Source of the DNA: Polyangiales bacterium
GTDB lineage: Bacteria > Myxococcota_A > Polyangia > Polyangiales > Houyiibacteriaceae
DNA: 64,000 bases
Direction: 5' to 3'
NCBI GenBank assembly: GCA_045106895.1
Contig: JBGCFM010000039.1
Location: 192,001 to 256,000, forward strand
Below, piece by piece: positions 39,199 to 49,200 of the stretch (positions are counted from its first letter, which is position 1; each line of letters begins with the position of its first letter). Under the pieces are notes generated by a model. The model had not been told where the DNA came from. It ran no database searches and was given only the letters and a program-made list of their open reading frames with translations. The position numbers and the translations under genes are program-made.

Positions 39199-39807
39199 TT
39201 AGCTCTCGGCGATGGAGACCAAGGTGTAATCACACGTGCCGGCGGCACCCGCCGTCACCGCCAGCGTAAGACTGGGGACATCGACTGCGACAGTCACTTC
39301 TTCCGCCATGAACGTAGCTGTGCCCGAACACACGCAATCTGCGTCATATGTACACGTGCCGGTCACATCACCACATGTGAACGTGGTGACCTCGTCTTCC
39401 GTGAGAACGGTGCACCCCGTGATGCCGACCGTGTTGCAGAAGGTAGGGTTTGCCACAGCTGGCGTCGCCATGTAGCTGCCGTCGTTCAGACAGATGACTG
39501 GAGGGCCCGTGTCAGGACCGGAATCTGCGTCCGGCCCTGTGTCTTCCATGGGCCCAGCGTCAGGCATAGACGCGTCCGCGATGCCCACGTCTTCTTCTCC
39601 ACCGTCTTGCTCGGGACCGGTGTCTCGGCGAGGAGGTGTGCTGAACGGCACACACATTTGCGCTTCGCAGCGATTTCCAAGCTCGCAGTCCGTGTCGAGG
39701 ACGCATTCGACGTCGTCGCCGCACCCGACGCTCGCGAAAAGCAGCCCAGTGAGCACACAGGTGGAGAGAAAAGCGAAGGACCTCCGCGGGCCAAGAATCG
39801 TGCTCAT
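39199..39807 (-). CDS. Cys-rich hypothetical lipoprotein
   Basis: SVGC-GDD, CVLDTDCELGNRC, D-rich linker. Confidence 0.75.
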   Translation of the reverse strand: MSTILGPRRSFAFLSTCVLTGLLFASVGCGDDVECVLDTDCELGNRCEAQMCVPFSTPPRRDTGPEQDGGEEDVGIADASMPDAGPMEDTGPDADSGPDTGPPVICLNDGSYMATPAVANPTFCNTVGITGCTVLTEDEVTTFTCGDVTGTCTYDADCVCSGTATFMAEEVTVAVDVPSLTLAVTAGAAGTCDYTLVSIAES

Positions 39808-39903
39808 GAGCCCGTTATAGCAAAGCCAGGGGAGCCACGGCTTCAAAATCCCTTACCTCAACCCGCATAAATGCAGATGAGCCCTTCCCCCACGAAGCGA
39901 AGC

Positions 39904-40965
39904 CTAAATGTCGTTGGTATCGACGCTGGCCATTTCGGAGAAGCCGAGCCGGTAGGCCGCCGAGGTGTTCGCTTGATAGGTGCCAACATAAATCTGGTAG
40001 GTGCCCGCGGTAAACGGCTGCGCCACGAGCGGGTTGAAGCCCTGCCCGGTCCCATCGTCGTTGCAAATAACCGTTCCATCGGGCCGCCGGATCGCCAGCA
40101 TTAGGTCCGTCGTGCTCCGCGCCATCACGCGCATTCCGGGGCTGTCGGACTGAAGCACCAGTGTGTGTGTCGGCGCGACTCCGACGTACCCGGTGCACCC
40201 TGGACCCATGGCGCTCGCAGCGACGGTGCCCGTGACATTACCCATCACGATCTTGGGGTCCGGCATGAAACCGCGCGCAAGTGTCACGATCTGTTCGGTT
40301 CCCGCCGCGGGCGCCCCGGGTGCCGGTGTTGCAGCAGGCGCGGGGAGCGAACTAGGGACGACGCCTCCTAGCTCACTAAAGCCGAGGGTGTAGTTTGGTC
40401 GTTCGTTGGCGCGGTACGCACCGACGAAGATCTTGTAGGTGCCAGGCGTCATGATCGCCTGAACCACCGGATTACGACCTTCGGTGTCGTCATCGCAGAT
40501 ATAAGATCCGTCGGGACGTTGGACGACGAGCGTCGTGTCCTCCACCGCTCGAACCATGATGCGCATGTTCGCAAAGTTCGCTGTGGCGACGAAGAGGTGA
40601 TTGGGCTGCGTGGCAATGTACCCACGGCATCCAGGGGTATTGAGAATCGACGCGTTGCGCGCCCCACCTGCGACGCCCTGGGTGGTGTGCGGGTCAGGAG
40701 AGAACCCCGGCGCCAAGGTCACAGTCCCGTAGGCCGTCGCACCACCCGGCGCGACGCCGGGCTGACCTGGCTGCGGAGGTACTCCTGGCTGAGCGGGGAC
40801 GCCCACCGCAGGCTGTGGCATGTTCGCTCCAGGAACCACGGAAGTCGGCGTGCCTGGAGCGATGGGCTGTGGCGCAACGGGCACCGTCTCCTCACCGCCG
40901 CCGCACGCACCCAGGGCCAAGACCAGACCAATTCCGTATAGCTTCCGAAGCATTTCGCTCTCCAT
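39904..40965 (-). CDS. lipoprotein with two PPC-like (pre-peptidase C-terminal-like) domains
   Basis: LGAC-GGG; duplicated TLA.GF.PDP...C.GY...PDG..IC.DD...NP...GTY.I.VG.Y. Confidence 0.75.
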   Translation of the reverse strand: MESEMLRKLYGIGLVLALGACGGGEETVPVAPQPIAPGTPTSVVPGANMPQPAVGVPAQPGVPPQPGQPGVAPGGATAYGTVTLAPGFSPDPHTTQGVAGGARNASILNTPGCRGYIATQPNHLFVATANFANMRIMVRAVEDTTLVVQRPDGSYICDDDTEGRNPVVQAIMTPGTYKIFVGAYRANERPNYTLGFSELGGVVPSSLPAPAATPAPGAPAAGTEQIVTLARGFMPDPKIVMGNVTGTVAASAMGPGCTGYVGVAPTHTLVLQSDSPGMRVMARSTTDLMLAIRRPDGTVICNDDGTGQGFNPLVAQPFTAGTYQIYVGTYQANTSAAYRLGFSEMASVDTNDI

Positions 40966-41000
40966 GACTCAGGTTACGTGACACGCGGGAAGATACTCCC

Positions 41001-41567
41001 CTAGGGCTCCCCTACGGCCTGAAAAAGCCGGCGCAGCATCAAGTAGGTAAGCCCCCACACGGTATGACCACGAACGTCGAAGCCCGGAAAACGCATGCGT
41101 TGCTCGCCCTCGACCCACTCTTGCTCCGTGTCCACCTCGTGGCGCCACATCGGCGCCACCTCCGCCCAAAGGGCCTCGGCAACCTCGTAGTTGGGTGTGA
41201 GCTCGGGAATCTCGGTTAAGACGAAGAAAAACGGACGGATGCGCAAACCCATACGTCGTCCACGGGCAACGGCTTCCACATACTCCATCGCGCCGAGGCA
41301 TGGCGCGTCGCTCAGGTCGAGGCCGAGCTCTTCGTGCGTCTCACGAATCGCGGTCGCCAAAAGGTCCGCGTCTGTGTCTTCATGCCGTCCCCCCGGAAAA
41401 GCCATCTGACCGCTCCAGGGATCGCGCTCGCTTTCCGCACGCCGGATAAAGAGCACCCGAAGCGGCGCCTCCACGAACACGACCGCGACCGCCGCGGCCC
41501 GCCCCTCGGGAGCCGCCACCTCGAAAGGCAGCGCTTTCAGTGCGGCTCTTATACGCTCAAGCTCCAT
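41001..41567 (-). CDS. Nudix CoA pyrophosphatase (NudL-like)
   Basis: WSGQMAFPGG, TAIRETHEELG, VWGLT. Confidence 0.9.
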   Translation of the reverse strand: MELERIRAALKALPFEVAAPEGRAAAVAVVFVEAPLRVLFIRRAESERDPWSGQMAFPGGRHEDTDADLLATAIRETHEELGLDLSDAPCLGAMEYVEAVARGRRMGLRIRPFFFVLTEIPELTPNYEVAEALWAEVAPMWRHEVDTEQEWVEGEQRMRFPGFDVRGHTVWGLTYLMLRRLFQAVGEP

Positions 41568-41751
41568 CCTCGCAGGCTACGCCGCGATCGCGCGCATACA
41601 AAGTCCCGTCACGCACAAGAGGACTATTTTGACGGTGAAGCCGAGAGCAGCGGCGAGGAGGGCTCCCTTCTAAGAAAGATCTCACACCCTCGCTCCTCGC
41701 GCCGGCCTTGAGCGTTGCGTCGTGGGTGACTCCCTGTAGAGTCCGGACGAA

Positions 41752-43062
41752 ATGATCCCGCGCTACACCCCCGAAGACTTCTCGGCCCTGTGGACGCCTC
41801 GGAGGCGTTTCGAACTCTGGCTCGACGTCGAGCTCGCTGCTTGCCGCGCCATGGAAAACGCCGGCACCGTGCCAAAGGGAAGCGCTGACAAAGTTGCGCC
41901 CTTCCGCGACAAGCTCGACCCGGCGCGAATCCTCGAGATCGAAAAGACCACGCGTCACGACGTCATCGCTTTTCTGACGCACATGGAAGAGCTCGCCGGT
42001 GAGCCCGCACGTTGGCTCCACCGTGGAATGACCTCGTCGGACGTTCTCGACACGAGCTTTGCGCTTCTTCTTCGTGAAGCCTCGGACCTCCTCCTCGCGC
42101 GCTTCGACACGCTCCTCGACACCTTCGAGAAGCGAATCGAGGAACACAAGATGACGCCCGCCATCGGACGCTCCCACGCGATTCACGCGGAACCGGTCAC
42201 CTTCGGCGTGATCCTCGCGGGACACTACGCTGAACTCGTCCGAGCCCGAGAGCGCCTGGTCATCGCCCGCGCCGCGATTTCCGTCGGCAAGATCGCCGGC
42301 GCCGTGGGGACCTACGCCCACCTCACACCCGCGATTGAGAGTGAAGCCCTCGGCGCCCTTGGTTTGGCCGGCGAAACCGTCGCCACGCAGGTCGTCGCTC
42401 GCGACCGACACGCGGAGTTCACCTCGGCCTTGGCTCTCGCCGCGGCCGCCATCGAGCGCTTCGCGACGAACGTTCGCCACTGGCAACGAACGGAAGTTGG
42501 CGAGGCCGAAGAGCACTTCAAGAAGGGGCAAAAGGGCTCCAGCGCAATGCCGCACAAGAGAAACCCTGTGCTGACCGAGAACCTGTGTGGCCTCGCCCGT
42601 GTGGTCCGCGCCGCCGTGACACCGGCCATGGAGAACATCTCACTCTGGCACGAGCGAGACATCAGCCATTCGTCGGTGGAGCGGATGATGATGCCCGACG
42701 CCACCGCCACCCTCGGCTTCATGCTCGACCGTTGTCAGAAGGTCATCGCGGACTTGGTCGTCTACCCCGAGCGCCTCAAACAAAACCTGGAACAGACCGG
42801 CGGGCTTTGGGCGAGCGAAGGTGTGTTGCTCGCCCTCGTCGGCACAGGTCTGGGGCGCCAAGAGGCGTACGTCCTCGTGCAGCGCAACGCCATGAAGGCC
42901 TTCGCGGGGGAAGGCGAGTTTAAGGATCTCCTCGCTGCGGACCCGGACATCGCCAAGCGCCTCGATCGTGAGGCCATCCTCACACACTTCGATCTCGAAC
43001 ACGCGCTCGCGTCAGCGCCTGCCATCATCGAGCGTGCCTTTGCCGCCCGAGCACGAAACTAA
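41752..43062 (+). CDS. purB: adenylosuccinate lyase
   Basis: [34 protein letters not shown]. Confidence 0.97.
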   Translation: MIPRYTPEDFSALWTPRRRFELWLDVELAACRAMENAGTVPKGSADKVAPFRDKLDPARILEIEKTTRHDVIAFLTHMEELAGEPARWLHRGMTSSDVLDTSFALLLREASDLLLARFDTLLDTFEKRIEEHKMTPAIGRSHAIHAEPVTFGVILAGHYAELVRARERLVIARAAISVGKIAGAVGTYAHLTPAIESEALGALGLAGETVATQVVARDRHAEFTSALALAAAAIERFATNVRHWQRTEVGEAEEHFKKGQKGSSAMPHKRNPVLTENLCGLARVVRAAVTPAMENISLWHERDISHSSVERMMMPDATATLGFMLDRCQKVIADLVVYPERLKQNLEQTGGLWASEGVLLALVGTGLGRQEAYVLVQRNAMKAFAGEGEFKDLLAADPDIAKRLDREAILTHFDLEHALASAPAIIERAFAARARN

Positions 43063-43127
43063 GCTTCGACCCCCGCCCATCGCAACCAGCCTCGTCACCA
43101 AGCGTCTGCCGCAGTCAGGAACCGTCA

Positions 43128-44102
43128 ATGAGTGTTGAAAGCGCAGTCCTCCAAGCCGCCCTTGATTCCACCCTCGAAGAAACCCACTTCGAAGAATTCG
43201 GCTTTCGCTACGAAGGAAAGGTCCGCGACTCCTACACCCGCGGTGGCGAGCGGACGCTCATCGTCACGGACCGCATCAGCGCTTTTGACCGCGTCTTGGG
43301 CACCCTGCCTTTCAAGGGCCAAGTCCTCAACAGTCTCGCCGCCTGGTGGTTTGAGGAGACAAAGACCCTCGTTCCCAATCACTGCCTGGACGTCCCGGAC
43401 CCGAACGTGATGGTCGGCATCGAATGCACGCCGCTTCCCGTCGAGATGGTCATGCGCGCCCACCTCACAGGCGTGACCTCCACGAGCATATGGCACCACT
43501 ACGAAAACGGCGGCCGCCTCTTCTGTGGCCATGCGCTCCCGGACGGGTTGCAAAAGCACCAAGCCCTGGAAGCGCCCATCCTCACCCCGAGCACCAAAGC
43601 CGCCAAGGGCGACCACGACATCAGCGTGTCCCGCGATGAGCTCCTCGCCATGGGCCAAATCAGTCAGCGAGATTTCGACGAAGCTGCCGAGTACGCCCGC
43701 ATGCTCTTCGATCACGGACGACGCGTTGCCGAGTCGCGGGGGCTCATGCTCGTCGACACAAAGTACGAGTTTGGCAAGACGCCGGACGGGCGCATCGTCG
43801 TCATCGACGAGATTCACACCCCGGACTCCAGTCGCTACTGGGAAGCGGACTCTTTTGAAGCACGCATGAGCGCTGGTGAAGACCCTCAGTCCCTCGACAA
43901 AGAATATGTGCGCCGTTGGCTCAAGGACGTTGGCTACGGAGGTGATGGCCCCCCTCCGGCCATCGCCACGGACGTGCGCGTAGAAGCCTCACGACGCTAC
44001 ATCGAGGCGTGTGAGCGCGTCTCCGGAGCAGCCTTTGTTCCTAACACCGAGGCCCCCATCCCCCGAATTCGAACGAACCTTAACGCGCGAGTCTCCTCAT
44101 GA
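43128..44102 (+). CDS. purC: SAICAR synthase
   Basis: [45 protein letters not shown]. Confidence 0.96.
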   Translation: MSVESAVLQAALDSTLEETHFEEFGFRYEGKVRDSYTRGGERTLIVTDRISAFDRVLGTLPFKGQVLNSLAAWWFEETKTLVPNHCLDVPDPNVMVGIECTPLPVEMVMRAHLTGVTSTSIWHHYENGGRLFCGHALPDGLQKHQALEAPILTPSTKAAKGDHDISVSRDELLAMGQISQRDFDEAAEYARMLFDHGRRVAESRGLMLVDTKYEFGKTPDGRIVVIDEIHTPDSSRYWEADSFEARMSAGEDPQSLDKEYVRRWLKDVGYGGDGPPPAIATDVRVEASRRYIEACERVSGAAFVPNTEAPIPRIRTNLNARVSS

Positions 44103-44353
44103 AACCCTTCAAAGCCACCGCTCACGTCACCCTCAAACGTGAGGTACTCGACCCCCAAGGCGACGCTATTCGTCGCGCCCTTGGAGCCCTCGGGCACGAG
44201 AGCGTGAGCCGCGTGCGCGTAGGCAAGCTCGTCGAGATCGAGCTCCACGCGGAGAGCGCCGACGACGCGAAAACACAGCTCAGCGAAATGTGCGCAAGTC
44301 TCCTCGCCAATCCTGTCATCGAGGACTTCGAACTCATCGTCGAAGACGCCTAG
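44099..44353 (+). CDS. purS: FGAM synthase subunit PurS
   Basis: [21 protein letters not shown]. Confidence 0.96.
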   Translation: MKPFKATAHVTLKREVLDPQGDAIRRALGALGHESVSRVRVGKLVEIELHAESADDAKTQLSEMCASLLANPVIEDFELIVEDA

Positions 44354-44383
44354 CCGGCGAAGGGGAACTTGGCAGAGCAGCGT

Positions 44384-46024
44384 CTAGGAGCGTCGCACGC
44401 GTCGTCGCAACACGCCGAGGACCACCTCTAGCTCCGGCGAGCGCACCAAGCGCGCGACGAGCACAAAGGTCAGTCCCCCCGCTGCGACCTGCACCGCGAG
44501 GACGCCGATTCCCACGGCGCTTGCCTGTAGAGGCTCGCTCACATCCACGAAGGAGCGACTCTGCCAGAGTACGAGGCCCATCGCCGCGCTGGCGATAAGC
44601 GCCCGTCCTGCGCTCCCAAACACTTCACCGAGCCCTAGCGCCCCCACGCGACGCCGGAGCAATACCAGCAGGCCCGTCAGCTGAGCGGCGGCGGCCGCGC
44701 TGATGGCGATGGCGAGACCGACATGCCCCAGGCTCGTCATCGTGAGGACCGAAATGGTGAAAAAGACGACAAGGTTGATGCCACTGGCATAGACCGGGGA
44801 GCGCGTATCGCCGAGGGAGTGAAACATCGGAACAATGGTTCGCACGGCGGCAACCGCCCAGATGCCCACGGCGAGCGCCACTAGCGAGTGCCCCGTTTGC
44901 TGAACCTCCGTGGGACCAAAAGCGCCGCGGCCAAAGAGATTCGCCACGAAGGGTTCCGCGAGCACAGCGAGACCCACCGTCGAAGGGATCGCCACGAAAA
45001 GCGAAAGGGAGAGGCTCCTCCGGAAGAGCGCCTTCGCTTTCTCAAGGTCTCCCTTTGCGGCGTGCTCCGCGAGTGTCGGCAAGGCCGCCGAGCCGATGGC
45101 CAGGGCGAACATACCCTGCGGGATCTCCACCAGACGTTGGCCGTAAAAGAGATAGCTGATGGCGCCAACTTCCAGATAAGAAGCCAGCTGCCGCGAAGCG
45201 ATGATGTTCATCTGGTAGACGCCAAGAGCCACGAGGATGGGCGCCAGCAAGCGAAACGCACGCCGTACGTCGGGGTCACGGAGCGCAAGGCGCGGACGCA
45301 CAAGATACCCAGCAGCACGCAACGACGGGAGCTGAAAGAGCACATGCAAGATGCCGCCGGCGAGCGCGCCAACGACCAACGCGTACACCGACTCTTCGCC
45401 TTGGGAGGCGAGCCAAGGTGCGAGGAGGAGCGCCGCGGTGATGAGGCCAACGTTGAGCATCGCCGGCGCAAACGAAGCCGCGACAAAACGCTTCGACGCA
45501 TGGAGAGCGCCCATCACGAGGGACGCGATCCCAACGATGCCGACGTACGGAAACACGAGTCGTGTCAGTGACACGGTGCGCTCGAAAAGCTCCGGCGATT
45601 CGGCGAAGCCCGAGGCGTACAAACGGACAAGCCAAGGTGCCGTGAGAACACCGACGAGGGAGACGGTGAGGAGCAAGAGTCCCATCGCTCCTGCCAAGCG
45701 CGCGAAGAACACCGTGGCATCCGCTTGGCCACGCTGAGTCCGCACACGTGTGATCTCGGGAACGAACGCTGCGCTCACGGCGCCCTCGCCAAGCAACACG
45801 CGAAGCGCGTTTGGAATCGTAAACGCCAGCCAGAAGGCATCGGAAAACGCGACGGCGAAGGTCGCTGCGACGACCATGTCTCGCGCGGCACCAAGGAGAC
45901 GTGAAGACAACGTACCGAGGGCGATGACCCCGGCTCGTCGTGCCACGACGCCTTGCTCGTGGGCGCCATCGCCGCCTTTCGGCTCTGCGCTATTGGGGTC
46001 TGTGCTGCTCGCGTCTGCGCTCAC
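44384..46024 (-). CDS. murJ: lipid II flippase MurJ (MviN)
   Basis: SRLLGAARD, AFTIPNALRVLLGEGA, RLVEIPQG, DTRSP; start GTG 46024 preferred over TTG 46072. Confidence 0.93.
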   Translation of the reverse strand: MSADASSTDPNSAEPKGGDGAHEQGVVARRAGVIALGTLSSRLLGAARDMVVAATFAVAFSDAFWLAFTIPNALRVLLGEGAVSAAFVPEITRVRTQRGQADATVFFARLAGAMGLLLLTVSLVGVLTAPWLVRLYASGFAESPELFERTVSLTRLVFPYVGIVGIASLVMGALHASKRFVAASFAPAMLNVGLITAALLLAPWLASQGEESVYALVVGALAGGILHVLFQLPSLRAAGYLVRPRLALRDPDVRRAFRLLAPILVALGVYQMNIIASRQLASYLEVGAISYLFYGQRLVEIPQGMFALAIGSAALPTLAEHAAKGDLEKAKALFRRSLSLSLFVAIPSTVGLAVLAEPFVANLFGRGAFGPTEVQQTGHSLVALAVGIWAVAAVRTIVPMFHSLGDTRSPVYASGINLVVFFTISVLTMTSLGHVGLAIAISAAAAAQLTGLLVLLRRRVGALGLGEVFGSAGRALIASAAMGLVLWQSRSFVDVSEPLQASAVGIGVLAVQVAAGGLTFVLVARLVRSPELEVVLGVLRRRVRRS

Positions 46025-46037
46025 AGGCCTGCAATGC

Positions 46038-46136
46038 TCAGGGCTGGGTGCGTGTTCCCGAAGGGCTGCCAATCCGCAACGTCGCCGCGAAAATACCGAT
46101 GGAGATGGCGAGGGGAAGAAGTGCGATAACGGTCAT
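46038..46136 (-). CDS. small single-TM peptide (32 aa), not in the ORF track
   Basis: MTVIALLPLAISIGIFAATLRIGSPSGTRTQP*; ATG lies 14 nt after a sigma54-like motif. Confidence 0.45.
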   Translation of the reverse strand: MTVIALLPLAISIGIFAATLRIGSPSGTRTQP

Positions 46137-46150
46137 GGTGCCGAGTAGGT

Positions 46151-46166
46151 TTCAAGTGCCGTTCCA
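46151..46166 (-). promoter_or_regulatory. sigma54-like promoter (non-canonical -12)
   Basis: TGGAACGGCACTTGAA; GA instead of GC at -12. Confidence 0.45.
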
Positions 46167-46279
46167 CGTATCGCACTCTCCCGAATTCACGAGTAAATAC
46201 GCAACTTTCCCGCACCAATCTCCCGACGCGCCGGAATGCAGCTGTGGAAGCAACGACACGCCGGCGCGGCTGCGAGGCC

Positions 46280-49200
46280 CTACTCCAAGCTGGCGAGGCG
46301 CCGCTGCACTTGATCCCGGTCGAGGGCGCTCGCGGGAGCGCGCTCAAGGTAGGTACGGTACGCGGCGATGGCGGCGGCGCTGTCGCCTCCACGAAGGGCG
46401 TCGCCCAAAACTCGGTAGGTTTCGTAGACCCAAGGCGCTACCTGGGTTCCCTCCACCTCGCTCGCGAGCGCAGAGGCACGCTGGAGCGCCGCAAGTGCCT
46501 CACGCCGATCTCCTCTGTCCACGCGGAGCTCCCCGAGTCGATACCACCAACGTCCCTCGGTGGCGTCGAGGTTGGTGGCTCGTGCATAAGACTGCACCGC
46601 TTCTCCTTGCCGCCCTTGTTGCGCGAGCGCTTCGCCGAGCCCGGCGTGGGCTGGTGCCAAATGGTCTGACAACGCGATGGACTGGCGAAAATCATTCGCG
46701 GCATCATCGACGGCGCCGGAACGAACACGAATCAGTCCTCGAACCATATAAGCCTCGGGCAAGGTCTCATCGAGACCGAGAGTAAGTTCAACTTCACTCC
46801 CGGCGCGACCCAGCTGATTGGCCTGAAGCAGCGCCCATGCGTTGTAGAGGTGGTACATCGCCACCGACGCATCCATCATCACCGCGCGGCCTAGGTGGTC
46901 GAGCGCCTGAGTGCTCGCTCCGCGCTCAAAGGCGATTCGCCCTCGGAAGAACGCGACCTCTGCCGAGTCGGGTCGGTCTTCCGCGACGGGGGCGAGTGTC
47001 GCTTCCGCCTCGTCGAGCATGCCCGCAGCGACCTGAGCGCCGCCCAAGCGAAGCTGCAAATCCATGTTCTCCGGCTCAGCTTCAGCGGCCGCGCTAAAGC
47101 TAGCAACGGCGCGATCCGCGCGACCCAAGGCCTCAAAGATACGGCCACGCTCAAGGGACAGCCCAGGGAAACCAGCATCGAGCTCCGCCACACGCGTCAA
47201 GCGAGCGTCTCCGTCTCGGAAGCGACCGAGGCGGCGGTAGGTCACTCCAAGACCGAAGAGCGCGTCGACGTTCTCTGGCTCCATCGAAATGGCTTGGTTG
47301 TATTCGGACAAAGCTTCCTGGAGGTCACCGGCTTCTCGCTGCGCGTCACCAATCTGCCGATGAACGTCGGCGTCCATCTCCACATTTTCGCGCGCGCGAG
47401 CGAGGATCACGCCCGCTTCTTCTGCCTCGCCCGTGGCGGCCAAGAGGTTCGCGTGGGCAAGGTACGGCTCAAAGCGCGTTGGGTCTGCGGTGTATGCGGC
47501 GACGAATGCCGTCGCAGCTTCTTCGTTCTGCTCCAGCGCGCGAAGGATCTGTCCATGTGCGAGCGCCACATCGGCGTTGTCGGGGTACTCGGCACGAAGC
47601 GCCGTCGTCGCACCCAAAGCCTCCTGAGGTGACTCGAGAGCGAGAAGAGCCTGGGCGACTCCAAGCTTCGCCGTCGAGGCGGGCGTGAGAGCCCCTTCGC
47701 TTTCCGCAGGAAGACCTTGGGCCGCTTGCTCCGCTGCGGCGAACTGGGTGTGCGCGTCGCGGAATCGACGTTCGCGAAGCCCCACACGCCCAAGGCCCAA
47801 GAGGGCATCGACCTGGAAAGGCACCAGATCGCGTGCGGCAGTAAAAGCTTGCCGTGCCAACGCTCTGTGTCCTGCGTCTTCGTACACACGACCGAGGAGC
47901 GCGTAGGCGGAGGCGCGCTCCGTCGGCGAGCCGCGCTGAGCTCGGTCTTCCGGGTTCGCCGCGCGGGTCGCCAGGGCCGCCGTCTCTTCGATGGTGGCGC
48001 CCGCTGTGACACTGCGCTTGGCCTTCGCGACGAGCGCGCCAGCGTGGTTTGGGCTCATCTCGAGGGTCGCATTCACCGCGCCAAGAGCCTCTGCCTGGTC
48101 CGCCTCTGGGTCGAGGAGCAACGCGCGCGCGTGACCCCATTGGCCGCGTGCATCACCCGCGGACTGAAACGCCGTCGCCGCGTCCGCAAACTGGTCTTGG
48201 GCCAAGGCGAGCTCGCCTTGAACAAGTTGAACGAGGGTGCCGGTTGCGCCCGCGTTTTTTGCCGCAGCCAACGACGAGGACGCGGTCCCGATATCTCCCT
48301 GACGCAGAGCGCTGGCGGCCAGCGCCACGAGAATGTCCGGCGCTTCATTTCCACGCGTGGCGAGACGGGCAAGGATTGCTTCCTCCCGTACTTCTGCCTG
48401 GTTGTCTTCGCCGAATCGGATCTGGAAGAGCGACTCGTACACCGCGCTCTGAACCAAGAGCTCTCGGTTCAAGAACATCTGGGCACGCGCTGCGCCGAGG
48501 CTCTGAAGCGCTCGTCGCGCGCCTCCGTAGGAGTCATCCCCGGCCAGCTCCGCGGCTTCACCCAGCGCCGCCGCCGTGCGTGCTGGGTCGCCAGACTCCG
48601 AGCGAAACTGCTCGAAGAAGTAGACGCCAAAGACGCCCATCGGGGTCCACTTAAGAGCGAAACCACCGCCCGCCAGGAGCACGACGGCCGCGGCGAAAAA
48701 GATGAGCATCTTGCTCTTGGGCTTCGCCGGGCTCGCCTCGGCGGGCGCGCGCTTCTTCGCGGCCCTTCGCTTCGGCGTCGCGGCGGGCGGCATGGAGTCC
48801 GGAAGATCGAGTTCGGAGTCGACGTCGAGCGCAGCTTGCTGTTCTGGAAGGTCATCGAACTCAAGCCCGGCCTCGCTGCCGGCTCCGGCGTCGAGGTCGA
48901 GTTCGCCGAAGGCCATGCCTCCCGCGCCGGCGCGCCCATCCGGTGTCTCTGTCACGTCACGACGACGCGGCTGAGGGAGGCTCAGATCCGCGTCATCGTC
49001 TAGGTCCAGGCTCAGGCCATCGCCGGGCAGCTCCGGAAGGTCCGGCAGGTCCATGTCATTTGGACCGGGGGCTGGTGCCGCTCCATCGAGAGAGGGCAGC
49101 TCAAGGTCAAAGTCATCGAAGGGCGTCGGCGAGGATGAGATCGGTGCGGACGAGGCGTCCTTTACCCCAGGCAGATCCAAGTCGAGTCCTCCGGCGCGTG

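Noticed and set aside
41650..41705. Hairpin upstream of purB as a purine/ZTP riboswitch
   Set aside because: No riboswitch consensus, and a TTGCGT-16-TAGAGT promoter lies downstream of it, so it is probably outside the mRNA.
44099..44384. purS without purQ/purL
   Set aside because: Split pur clusters are common; the genes are probably elsewhere in the genome.
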